From contig OZ076409.1 in the NCBI GenBank assembly GCA_964187785.1, positions 98,954,001 to 99,018,000 on the forward strand: a DNA stretch of 64,000 nucleotides, given 5' to 3'. The notes beneath the pieces were generated by a model that was given only the letters and a program-made list of their open reading frames with translations, was not told the origin of the DNA and ran no database searches. The DNA comes from Amphiscolops sp. MND2022 (taxonomy: Eukaryota). The position numbers and the translations under genes were made by a program. This document shows, one piece after another, positions 41,021-52,273 of this stretch; the first letter of the stretch is position 1; each line of letters begins with the position of its first letter.

Positions 41021-41433
41021 CATTACCCTATATACTATTCACTCTTAGCAGCAGAGTTTTCACACTGCTCATAGGCGATTTAGCGGCCGCGCAGAAATAT
41101 TCAACCAATTTTATTAGCGATTCGAATTAGCGGCAACCAATAATTGTCCAAACTCAAATTTTCTTCAGAAAACACAGAGTTTTAAAGTGAACACCTAGTA
41201 AAGCTCACACAGTATAAACATTTTTGGTCTGTTCCCCTCCCAAAAACTGAATTAAAATATCATTCAATTTTAAAACATTAGCGATGTCAACACTCTGCTT
41301 GATGGTCTGGTAATTAGAGCGTTGGCTTGGGAAGCCAAAGGAAGCGGGTTCGAACTGTTATTTCCTAATTGAATCCTAGAAAGGGTTTTTGAATATACGT
41401 GTATATCACGCTATAAAACGGATGTAACGCCAA

Positions 41434-41862
41434 CAGAGTTGACATGTTTTAAACAGGGGGTGTTTAAAACACTGTTTTAAAAACTTGTTTTTTTGCATGT
41501 TTTTTTGTATGTTTTTTAATGGTTTTCTCAATGTTTGGAATATTTTTGCGCCTCAAAATTATGTCGTAGTAGAGCAGTTGGGGGCGGAAACTACCTCGCT
41601 TGTCAGCGGGCGTCTTATTTTTTGTTTTCAACTGTTGAAAGATGCTGAACTCTTTCGATGCTAAAATTTGTTGAATTTCAACAACAAAAACATCCAAAAC
41701 TGTAGAAAAACTGCTCAAAATGGTAAATTGTAGGGATAAAATCAGGGTTTTTGGGACCATTTTCCTAACACGAAAAAAATGATGTTTTAAACATGTTTCA
41801 AACGTTTAAAACGTTTTGAACGTTTTTTTTTGTAAAAAAAAAACACATTTTGACCAACCCTG
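41434..41862. mobile_element. hAT-like MITE
   Basis: CAGAGTTGA...CCAACCCTG with perfect 8-bp TSD AACGCCAA. Confidence 0.85.
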
Positions 41863-42808
41863 AACGCCAAACGTTCGGATATAGCCCATTTTTTTCGTGT
41901 TGCTATGTGGAAGGTAGAATGTAGCTAGCACCGAATTTTTCAATTGGCGGCGCTTGGTGAAGTTAAACAGGACTATTATAGTGACTTTTGTTTCAATCCA
42001 CACGAACTGACCAAAAGAGTTCTACAAAGTTCTACGAAAAATTATGATGTCAAATTGAACCATTTGGCCTAGCGAACTTAACGAAATTGAATCAAGTTAT
42101 CGTTTATATTCAATGCATTTTTGAATTCAAGCATTTAATAGTTTGAAGAAAAAATTTTTCAGCGAAATAGCCATTTTGAAATTAGCGGTTCATAAATATG
42201 AATTGGCATCGGTACATTTAAAAGAGTGATTAGCCAAAAAAATAGCAATGTCAAAACCATGGTCACGACGCTTCCCTGGCCTTGTTTAGGTTGCCGAGTT
42301 ATTTCTCGATGAGTTTTCTTTTACATGTACCGACGTCAATTCACAGGTCTCAACAGACCAGAGATGGGGAGTTAGCATGGGGATGCATTTAAGTGTTTAG
42401 TATCATTTCACCCCACATTGAAATTATCGAATGCGTCTCAGATTAATGACTATTGCCACACAATTTCAATCTTAGCGCTACTAGAAAAGCGTCCTGAACC
42501 TAATTACCAATTAGATAAGCAAACGATGCTTGCTATGTGAACCACAAAATCGGAACCGAAAAGTTTCACTTATTTGGAACCTTCAATTATGGATGCTGCG
42601 AATCTTCAGCAAAAATTTCCTATTTCGTTTTTCTACGGCGAAATGTTTCCTACAGGTAAGAAACACAATCAAATCAAGGCTAACTCAAAGACAGTAGGCA
42701 TCAAAGTTTAATCGCTATTTTGTTAAGGTGAGACGCTTTTGTATAATTACAATAAGGTGTGAAATGAAAGTGAGGTGAAATGAACGCACAACGCATGTAA
42801 GTAGTAAC

Positions 42809-43027
42809 CTGGTGAGGGATCTGTGTTTGAGGGATGCGTAGACGGGGACACTGCTGACGTGGCACTGGTAGGCGAACAGAAAGGTGGGCAGACACCCGGT
42901 GAGGCCCTGCCACGAGAACAGCACCTGCGAGAAGTGGGCGGGGTCAGGGGGCAGCGCCGAGGAGGGCTGCAGGTAGCGCACCACGATCACCACTGCTATG
43001 TACAGCACTCCCACCACTGAGACGAAG
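42809..43027 (-). CDS. SLC38A7: SLC38A7/A8-like transporter, coding exon 5
   Basis: tacag|C ... ACCAG|gttact; contains PTFLFAYQCHVSSVPVY, matching the SLC38A7/8 QCHVSSVPV motif; phases 2/2. Confidence 0.92.
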
Positions 43028-43437
43028 CTGTACAACACAAAGTCTCACAGTGCCGAAAAAAACTGATAGGGAGCTGCCCTTTGGGATTGTTTAACATCCA
43101 TTCTGTTGCAAAATTTCAAAAATATATGAAGGGAGACCCTTTAGTGCAATTAAAAAAGTTTCGAAAAAAGTCTCAGAAACCACTTTTTCCTCAACTGAAA
43201 AAAAATGAAAATGTCGAAAAATGTCGCGTAGTGACAAAAAATATAAAAGGGGGACCCTTTGGGATTTATTAACATAAATTCTGTTGGAAAATACCCAAAA
43301 ATTGAAGGGTGACCCTTTGGTGCCATCACAAAATTTTCGAAAGTCTCACAGTGCCGAAAATAAAAGATGGCATTGTACAAATAAATCAAACTGAATCTGA
43401 ATTTATGAGTGACTCAACTCGACTGGACTGGACTGAC

Positions 43438-43588
43438 CCGGGATAAGTGAGGTAGGAGATGTCTCGGGGGATGCAGAGGGGCAACACGACGAAGGCAGAC
43501 AGGACGATGGAGATCTCTAGGAACCTGCCAGTCTCGGCTCCCCCGTCTCCCGTCATGTCGGAGGAGGCTTTCGTCAACAGAGACAACA
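43438..43588 (-). CDS. SLC38A7: SLC38A7/A8-like transporter, coding exon 4
   Basis: tttgcag|TG ... CCCGG|gtcagt; VVLPLCIPRDISYLTY; phases 1/2. Confidence 0.9.
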
Positions 43589-43629
43589 CTGCAAACAAAC
43601 ACTTCGCCAATCTATTCTTAAAACATCAT

Positions 43630-44528
43630 TTCTAGTAGGCCCATTTTCGTTTAGGAAAAAAAGCCCGACTATTAGTTTTTTTTGTCAGACCACACAATGT
43701 ATGTGAAGTAGACACTTTTTACAGAACTACTAAACTACTGAACCGGCAAGCGGAAACGCATTTAAGTTAGTGCAAAGGGCCCCCTTTCATTTATTCCATT
43801 TTTACCAAAGATACAAAAGCGGACGAGACTATAGGGCCCCCCCTTTGAAATTTTTCGGCACTGTGTTATTTTTTGTCTCCAAAGGTGCCCCTTCAAATTT
43901 TTTGATAATCTGCAGCAAACTGGAGTTTCAAAAAGCCCAAAGGGTCTCCCCTTTTACATTTTTTGACACTTTGAGACTGTTTCAAAACTTTTAAAGTCTG
44001 ATATTAAGTTTTCTCAATATATACCAACAAATAACTTTTTTCAATACTGTTCGAAATTTGGACGTAATACCCGGAGTAAAGCGCTATATCCGAATTTCTG
44101 ACGTTATATCCGAACTTTATTGCGTTATACTAAGGAGGAGGCGGAGGTTCGAAAACAGGAGTTTTATATGAAAAGTCCTACGCATATTTTAACACAGAGG
44201 CGAAGCGGTGCTTCGCAACACATGACGAAGACGAATGCCGAAAAATCGTATATATTCAATCGCATGCGTATATATTCAACAGTTCAACTTTGTTCAATAA
44301 CGTCCCTATGGCACAGTGGTCAACACTTATGCCGTGCAATCGGGAGGCTGCAGGTTCGAATCTCTCTGGGGTTTTGGCTTTTTTCTAAAAGGCGCTCATT
44401 ATGAAGTTGACTATAGTGGAAAAAAAACTTACTTAGCTGGACTGCAATGCACATTGACTTCGTCATGTGCAAAAACTGCGCTTTTTGAGTCTTAGATATA
44501 GCGCCAACTTTAGACATTCCCGTCTATT
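43630..44528 (+). mobile_element. HINE/DINE-1-like element, long variant, containing a degenerate tRNA-like segment (~44302-44375)
   Basis: Degenerate family termini (..aagcccgact; gcgccaactttagacattcccgtctatt); internal block shared with 1020-1095; A box TGGCACAGTGG and B box GGTTCGAATC. Confidence 0.5.
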
Positions 44529-44550
44529 TAATTCTAATTGGGCCGAGCGT

Positions 44551-44774
44551 TAGCAGTATAGAGATGACCCGATCAGCGTGGGGAGCTGGGGACCTCAATG
44601 TATAAAGATTAGATATAGATAAATCATTCAACTGAGGTCCCCAGTAGTGCGTTGAGATACAGGAGGGTCCCCAAGCCAAAACTGGGGACCGCAGTTTAAT
44701 AATTTATCTATGCCTTATCTTTATACATGGAGGTCCCCAGCTCGCACGCTGATCAGCTCACCCCTATACTACTA
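44551..44774. mobile_element. Academ-like palindromic MITE
   Basis: TAG...CTA termini, imperfect inverted arms of ~100 bp, 4-bp TSD GCGT. Confidence 0.65.
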
Positions 44775-46641
44775 GCGTTTTTGCAAATTTTTGAAAAATC
44801 TGATTGAAAATTTTCAACCATTAATATCTCCGCAAAGTATAACCATTTTTTGCAAGAAAAACCCATTTTTTTGCAGCTTTGGAGAAAAATTCACTTTTGC
44901 TAATGCTTGAGCCATTCGAATCAAACTCGGTACCAATGAATTGTTGAAAAAAACTGTGCTAGAGAATACGGGCTACCGGCAAAACGAATCAGAAGTTGAA
45001 AAAAGGTAGACTGCTTTAAAGTACCGCTAGGTTAATTAGGGTTAATCACCATTTCTTGAAACCATCGTTTTACAAAAATATGCAATAATTTGCAAACACA
45101 AAAAAATTTCTCAAGCTGGTTTTTCATTTTGAAAGATGCCAGTAACATTTTTAGATACTGAAAATGTAACCTTTCAAACACGAATCAATGTCTAACATTT
45201 CAAGGTTACACAAAAATTAATTCAAAGCTGCCTTTCAAGCTAACAATCAGCGGCAACTTCCAATCAAAAATGAACATCGTGAAAAATAGTTGGCTATTTG
45301 ATTGGCGGATTCCCAAATAACATCAGAGCAAATAACAGAAACAAAATCAGTCATAAAAATGAAACTGGTTTCACAAAACATGAAAATAAATCTGAATACC
45401 CGGTTAAACAATCGAAGTCACGAAAATTCATCTGAAACTTTCGTACTTTTTCCAGTGAATCGTTTGAATTGTGAATGCTTTTGACCACTAAAACTTTCTC
45501 GTAAACAATTTTGTTTTCATGTTTAGTGATTCTAAGCTCGGAAGCGTTGTCAAGGATGGAAAACTACAAATCATGAGAGCAGAATATATACAAATAAGCG
45601 GTTCATTACCAATTATTCAGTACACAAATAAGCGGTTCATTACCAATAATTCAGAAACAACCACCTGAAAATGAGGATTACTCGAGTGAGAATGACAAGA
45701 AAATATCTACTTCTAAATGGAGTGAACAAACTAGGAACCAGGGTTGTTAGGTTTAATACAACTAGAATAAAACTAGTTTGAAACGCGAATTAAACAATGA
45801 ATTAAACATTGATGTATATAATTCCATTGATGTACATAAAGCTAATAAAAATCTAACCAACAATTACATGGGATTATTGTCTGAATGTAAATGCTCAGAG
45901 GATTGTCTGATTGTCTCTACAACTGTTTTGACACTTCAGGCAAAAAATGTACCCTAAATTTTTGATATTATTGCCCAAAACAGCAAAAATTCACACTTGG
46001 AACAAGCTAAAATCAATGAAGAGGAAATTTTTTTAACGCAAATTTTCTCCGCCGTATGTTAAATCGAGCAACGTTTAACTGGTAGTCAATGTAATGGATA
46101 GGAATATGTCGACATCAATCATTTTATTGGACCAAAATTTCAACACTAACAATGTCGACATTACGGTATTTGATTCTTGTTTATCAAAAAACAATACGAC
46201 CGCTTGCGGAGATAAGAAACATGGTCCAAGATTTCGACGTGATTCAATGTCGCTGATTAGCTATTACCTTTCAATTTATCAACTAGATTAACTAATTAAC
46301 GAGGGTTGTTCCTCTTTCAACAGTGTCAATTTTTTTTAAATTCATAAGTACACTACCTCATCACTTCGAATGATTTTTTTAGTTTTCATTCTATGATAGC
46401 AATTTAGTGTTTTTTTAATTCAAGACGAAGCTTCTGACTGAGGTAGAAAACTTGGATAAATTATATAGTTTGGAGGTGCAACTCAAGTTCATCAAATAAT
46501 TTTATTTAGGAAGATTTGGGTACTTAAGAAACTCTTCCGCCAAGCAAACTATTGAGCGTAATTAGAGAAAAGTGGAAACCAGTTAAAAACTTTCAACGTG
46601 ACGTGATACAGTATCACAGACTAGCTGTTTTTTAATTTTAA

Positions 46642-47027
46642 CCCTAAATGGACGGTACGAATTCGTACCAGTTAGTTTCTGCAAACTTCTAAACGAACCG
46701 GCTGACCGTATGGTAAAGAAACTCTTGAATAAGATTTTCAGATGATATTACATAGCATTGCATGCCTTTTCACGGAATATTGACATGTTGTCGCCAAAAT
46801 CAAGAAAACGGGACTAAAAAATAAAAAAAATCAGCGCAGAATTTCCGTTTTTCCAATTTTCGTTTATGGCCACTTTATTCCACTGGTATCAAGATTGTGT
46901 CAAAGAGGCCTTAGCATGTTTTGAAACATGCTGAAATGCAGCCAGAAACACGAGGTGTGCAAAGTTTTGGCACAAACTCCGGAGCCAGATTTTTGGATGA
47001 ATGCGAAAATTTCCTGGCCACCTAGGG
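46642..47027. mobile_element. piggyBac-like MITE
   Basis: TTAA|CCCTAAATGG ... CCACCTAGGG|TTAA. Confidence 0.65.
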
Positions 47028-47034
47028 TTAAGAC

Positions 47035-47478
47035 CAGAGATTTGACTCACTAATTTGTTTCGCTAATCGCTAACCAATGCTAATTACAGATCGCTAATCG
47101 CTAACTTCGCTAATGAATAGTCGCAAATCGCTAACGCTAAGTAAAATGTATAGTGAAAAGTTTAATTCCTATTATGTTTAAAAATCAATCCGAAAAAGAA
47201 TGCATTACTGTTTACTGTGTAAAAATATGTTTAAAACATAGTAAAGTACATAATTATCATAATATATAACAGTTCTTGGGAGAAATCAGTATATGTAGAG
47301 ACAATTCATAATATATATGTAATGTTTGATGCAGAATAAAGCGTTGTTTTAGAAAATTTAACAATAGGAAAACGCTTAGCGGTAGCTGAATCATATGTAT
47401 TACGCTAACTAATTTCCGCTAATGTAATCCCTCGCTGACGCTAAAGCGGCGCAATTAGCGATTAGCGTCAAATCTCTG
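47035..47478. mobile_element. hAT-like MITE
   Basis: TIR CAGAGATTTGAC / GTCAAATCTCTG, perfect TSD GTTAAGAC, subterminal CGCTAA repeats. Degenerate relatives at ~38395-38756 and ~41052-41297. Confidence 0.9.
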
Positions 47479-47532
47479 GTTAAGACAACCAACGAACAAG
47501 GCAAAGAAGTTGATTGACGACTGACGACTCAC

Positions 47533-47731
47533 CGTATTCCATCTGGTCCCCCACGATCACCTGGTAGGCGATGCAGGAGAAGAGGGCGTATACCACGACC
47601 ACCAGCTCCACCGCGAACTTGACCTTGCGACCCCACACGCGCCCTATGACCCCTTCGTAGGAGGCCACCTGACACACCTCGGCCAGGTAGCCGAGCCAGA
47701 ACAGAGTGGAAAACACCAGAAGCACCGTCAC
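47533..47731 (-). CDS. SLC38A7: SLC38A7/A8-like transporter, coding exon 3
   Basis: tgcag|GTG ... TACG|gtgagt; SYEGVI..WG..VVVYALFSCIAYQVIVGDQ; phases 0/1. Confidence 0.9.
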
Positions 47732-48523
47732 CTGCACCGCAAAAACAACACAACACAGCTACTACTTTCATCAAAATAGACCCCCTGCGGGGTACGGTAT
47801 TATTTCTGCTTTTGGCCTTTCATGTTCAATAGTAGAAGCATATCTGGAATAACCAACACTCCTGTTTAATCATTATATAGCGCACAATAAATCACTGTAC
47901 CAGTTTACACCGCCTTTAATTCTTCTCGGACTAGATAAAATATAACTACTAAGAGTAGACAAAGTTTCGCATTCGCATTTGAATGCAGGAGAAGCTCTCG
48001 GCGAACGAATAAATAACACCCGTTCGCTTCATCTCAATGACGTCCGCATACGAATGGATAATTACCACTCGCTCGTTCCATCGCACGGGAAATGAATTGT
48101 AGTCGGCAGCTTGAAAAATTTAAATCTCACGCTTATGCTCACTGCCGAACAAAATATCTGTATTAATCAGTATCACGACGCAAATTTCACTGAAAAAGGA
48201 ATTCTTGATAAGAATCTTGCATTTTCGTGAAACTCTTGGGGTAAGAATCTTGGAAAGATTCTTACCAAGAGTGCCAAGAAAATGTAAGATCTTGCTAATA
48301 ATTCAAGAGAAAAACTGACAAACGTGAATGAATACAAACGAACACCGACGCCAACTGCGGCTTGATCGGCGTACCACCTAATATGTGAACAAGATGTTAT
48401 CAAGACTTTTGCTTTGTTTTTAGCTGAACGGGGCGTCAACTTATGCAGTTCCCGGTCAACTCTTTTGATGTCGCAATTGAATTGCCGCAACCATCAAGAG
48501 CCCCACCATTACATTGCAAAGTA

Positions 48524-48701
48524 CAGTAAACTCTCGATTTTCCGCCACTCTATTATCCGCCAACTTTGGTCATCCGCCACCAATCTACCGGGACATTTTG
48601 CTATAACACCCGCGTCTAAGCTCCCTTGATTAACCGCCACTCTCACTTATCCGCCATAATTTGCGCTGGACCGATGGTGGCGGATAATCGAGGGTTTACT
48701 G
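48524..48701. mobile_element. Tc1/mariner/pogo-type MITE
   Basis: Inverted copy of 18504-18681, TA flanks. Confidence 0.85.
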
Positions 48702-48739
48702 TACATTACAGTACGTATTGTGCTTGTACTGCTACTAAC

Positions 48740-48953
48740 TGCTTGTACTGCGAGAGCCACGCGGATGTCGCCGACTGTGAGGAAGGCGTAGGGCAAGTTG
48801 AGCACGGCTGCCCCCAGAGCCGCATTGCACACGATGAAGACGGCCCCGAAGAAGGAAGTGGACCCCGTCCCGAACTCACTCACCTCCCCTACCCTTCCCC
48901 CTCCTCCACGCACACTGGGTGCCACCGCCGTCAACGACTGCCCATCGTGGTAC
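48740..48953 (-). CDS. SLC38A7: SLC38A7/A8-like transporter, coding exon 2
   Basis: ttgcag|G ... GCA|gttagt; TSFFGAVFIVCNAALGAAVLNLPYAF is the TM1 signature; phases 2/0. Confidence 0.9.
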
Positions 48954-49021
48954 CTGCAACAATCAATTCACAGCATGCTTTGAAACTAATAATTATCTAC
49001 GAAAAATTGGAAGACTGTGTA

Positions 49022-49682
49022 CAGTACTGTGAATAAGAAATCGTCCCCCTATGCGCTGAACGTCGTTATCAACCAATTAGAATTGCTTATTTGCTCTCAC
49101 TTTCAATTCTGATTGGCGCATCAAGAGGCGCAGAAAGAACACTTCTGCTATTTTCCCAACTTTCGGCAGGTTTTTGAAATACTTTTTTGAAAATTTTTAA
49201 TTCATCGAATTCTGCAGTTGTATAGAATTCACTGATATATTTTTTGTTCCAAAAACATTCTAAATGAAAAAATTATCGCAGTTTTTCGCCGCGAAACGTT
49301 CATTTCCTATCTTAATACACGTGAATCGACAAATTTTACCTTTCGAGCATGAAATTGCGAAAACGGTTGATAATTTTTGAAATTGAAAAATATCCATAGA
49401 TTCAGTAGATCTGTGCGAGTTATTTGAGCATAAAACTTGCCAAACAAACTGTGGATAAAACGGTCAAAAATTGGAAAAACGGAAAAAAGTCCCAAATTTG
49501 CTCAAAATCATCTATATGTAACTTTCTCAATTTTCATCCCAGAAAAATTTAAAAAACACTAATGTAAACTAGATTAAATTCTAAGAAAATTTTATTTCTG
49601 ATGTTTTTAAAAATTCTCAACATATTTCGAGAAAATCGAGCCTAAAATCGTCCCGGGGGACGTTTTCTTAATCACAGTACTG
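49022..49682. mobile_element. Tc1/mariner-type MITE
   Basis: TIR CAGTACTGTGAATAAGAAATCGTCCCC / GGGGACGTTTTCTTAATCACAGTACTG, TA flanks. Confidence 0.85.
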
Positions 49683-49954
49683 TATATCGATGTCAGATCT
49701 ACGAAATTGGCAACTAGCCATGTCCAATTTAACCAGTGCTTTGACCATCGGGTATGTAGCGGCAAAGATATTCAATTCTTTCTTTGATCATGTGAGGCAA
49801 CATTTCAAGTTTCCGCACATTTTTGAAATCTAAATCACCACTCAATCGCCGGTTATTTCAGAATCTTCGAGTGTTAAAAAGGTTGGATTGTTAAAATATA
49901 GACTGCCCATCGTGGTACCTGCAACAATCATTTCACACAGCATGCCCTTTAACC

Positions 49955-50257
49955 CAGGGCGGCCAGTTTTTTTCAACAAAAAAGCGGCCCAATTAAAATC
50001 ACGGAAATTTACGTTTCTTTACTTAAAAAAATGACCTAACGTTTCTTCAAAAGACATGTTTTGATAAATTATAATAGGAACCAAAATATTGAACCGGAAT
50101 ATCTAAGGTATACACATAAGCATTCAAAACTTATTGCGTAACGAAAGAGATAATGATATTTTCAGATATGACGTTGCTGTGTCCACTATAGCGTAAAAAA
50201 GCAACTTTGGGAAAAAAGCGACCAGGTCGCTTGAAAGCGACCCAACTGGCCACCCTG
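49955..50257. mobile_element. hAT-like MITE
   Basis: TIR CAGGGCGGCCAGTT / AACTGGCCACCCTG, perfect TSD CTTTAACC. Confidence 0.88.
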
Positions 50258-50263
50258 CTTTAA

Positions 50264-50688
50264 CCTCCAAAGTGATTTCGTCCTCATATGACTGCGATTT
50301 TCTTGGCAATCAGTAAAAATTATAAAAAAACACAAAAAACATCGGGAAACAAAAGTGTATTTTTTCGAAAATTGAGTTGTTGTTTGTGTCAATAGTTTTT
50401 TGCGAGCCATCGATAAAAATGTAAGTGGGAAAAAGTGAAACTACTCATTAAAAAAATAAAAAATTGTTTTCTCAATAACTGAGCTGTTTGCTTTGCTAAG
50501 TTACTTACCCACTCTAATAACACAGTAGGCCACCATTGAAAACGCATATAGAGGTTCTTTGAATGAAGCTTCACCTGAGTTCGACCGCGTTTGCAAAGCG
50601 AAACAGGAAACAGATTTGAGTTGCGGCTATCATTCGTGGAAAAATGAAGCTTTGGGAAAATTTTCAACTTCTCGGCGTACTGTCAAGG
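50264..50688. mobile_element. Possible piggyBac-like MITE
   Basis: TTAA|CCT...AGG|TTAA with only a partial TIR. Confidence 0.4.
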
Positions 50689-51429
50689 TTAAAATAATAA
50701 TCTATGAAAACTTCGAAAATTGTATAAATTGATGTTAGTTATCAGAATTTGGCAACTAGTCATGTCCAATTTAACCAGTGCTTTGACACTCGGGTATGTA
50801 ACGGAAATTCATCTGTTAAGATATTCAATTCTTCGTTTGATTCGTGTGAGGCAACATTTTTGAAATCTAAATCACCACTCAATCGCCGGTTATTTCAGAA
50901 TCTTCGAGTGTTAAAAAGGTTGATTGTTAAAAACCTTGATTTCGGCTCAAACCGTATTCGGTTTGAGAAACTAAAATAACTCTTAGGTTGCAAAAATTGG
51001 TTAACATATCAATTTCCATGATATTGAATTTCCTAATATATACCGCAAAAACGCTATTAAAAAGACGGGATTATAAATAATTTAGTGAATAAATTACATG
51101 TGATATCATTGATATTCCATGGTTGTTGTTCCGCCACTTTACTGATCGTTCCGAGGGTGAAATGATTTTGTTTGACTTTTTTCTGTAAGTCTATTTTCTA
51201 AAACATTAATAAGGACCGCGCGTACTGAAACCGGGATATGGTACAGAGAGATGGGATTTTGTGCCCTTATCACATGGAGGGTGTGTCAGTGAAAAGAATT
51301 TGAGTGTCAGTACGCTGCAAGCTGCAGAGCCTCCTCACATTGTCAATAACGGTCCTAAAAACTAAATTTGGAAAACATCGGTAAGTGGAGGGAAATTTAT
51401 GAATCAGGTCAATATATCTCCTTTTCGTC

Positions 51430-51836
51430 AGTTTCTTTTCGATAGTGACCTGAAGTGACCAAAATAGTTCTACCAAAAGTTCTACAAAATTTTAAGTTGT
51501 ATCTGTTGGCCCAGGGAACTGAACCAAAAAGGTTTTTCCTTTTTTCCGCGTAACATACATTACCGGGCGAGACTAAAGGGTCTCCCCTTTCAGTTTTTTC
51601 GGCATTGTGAAACTTTTTTAAAAACTTGTTTTCCACCGAAGTGTCCCCCGTCAATTTTTTTAGAGTTTCGCGACAGAATGGATGTTGAAAAATCCCAAAG
51701 GGTCACTTTAAATTTTTTCGGCATTGTGAGACTTTTCCAAAAAATATTTTCGGGTGCTGTAGAAGAGAATACTTGACACTTTGAAGTGCTTTTGAGCCTT
51801 AGATATGGCGCCGACTTGGGCCGTTCCCGGCTTGTT
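51430..51836 (+). mobile_element. HINE/DINE-1-like element (5' degenerate)
   Basis: Body matches 2140-2473; ends GGCGCCGACTtgggccgttcccggcttgtt. Confidence 0.65.
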
Positions 51837-51860
51837 TTAGAGTATGAGCGCAAGTGTTAC

Positions 51861-52048
51861 CTTCTGAACAGAGTGCCGAAAGAGTGGACGGAGCCAGCGG
51901 TGCCAGGGAATGCCTTCACCAGCTGCGAGTGATTGGACGACGAAGATGACGTCACGCTGACGTTGTCCTCGTGGCTGAACTCGTCCGAGTTGCGAAGAGC
52001 CGAGAAATCCGGTCCAAAGTACGAGGGAGGGTTGAGCGCATTCTGCAT
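51861..52048 (-). CDS. SLC38A7: SLC38A7/A8-like transporter, coding exon 1
   Basis: ATG preceded by an in-frame TGA (52069-52067); ends AG|gtaac, phase 2 matching exon 2; Ser-rich hydrophilic N-tail. Joined CDS = 1503 nt = 500 aa + stop. Confidence 0.75.
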
Positions 52049-52273
52049 TGAGGGATGTTGACAATATCAACAGTAGTATAGGAAATCCCGATACGGGCCA
52101 CAAAAACCCCAAAAATTAAAAGTACTCAAAACCCTTGATTTTAAGGTATTTTTCCAAAACAGATCATTAAAATCAAGGGGTTTCCAATTTAGACTACCGC
52201 GAAGCCCCACAAAACCCCAAAAATTAAAAGTCCGCGAAGCTTCGCGTATTTTTCAACTTTTTCATCTTAATAA

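Noticed and set aside
44302..44375. Functional tRNA genes (also 22810-22885 and ~41300-41360)
   Set aside because: A/B boxes are present but acceptor and T stems are mismatched; degenerate SINE-like sequence.
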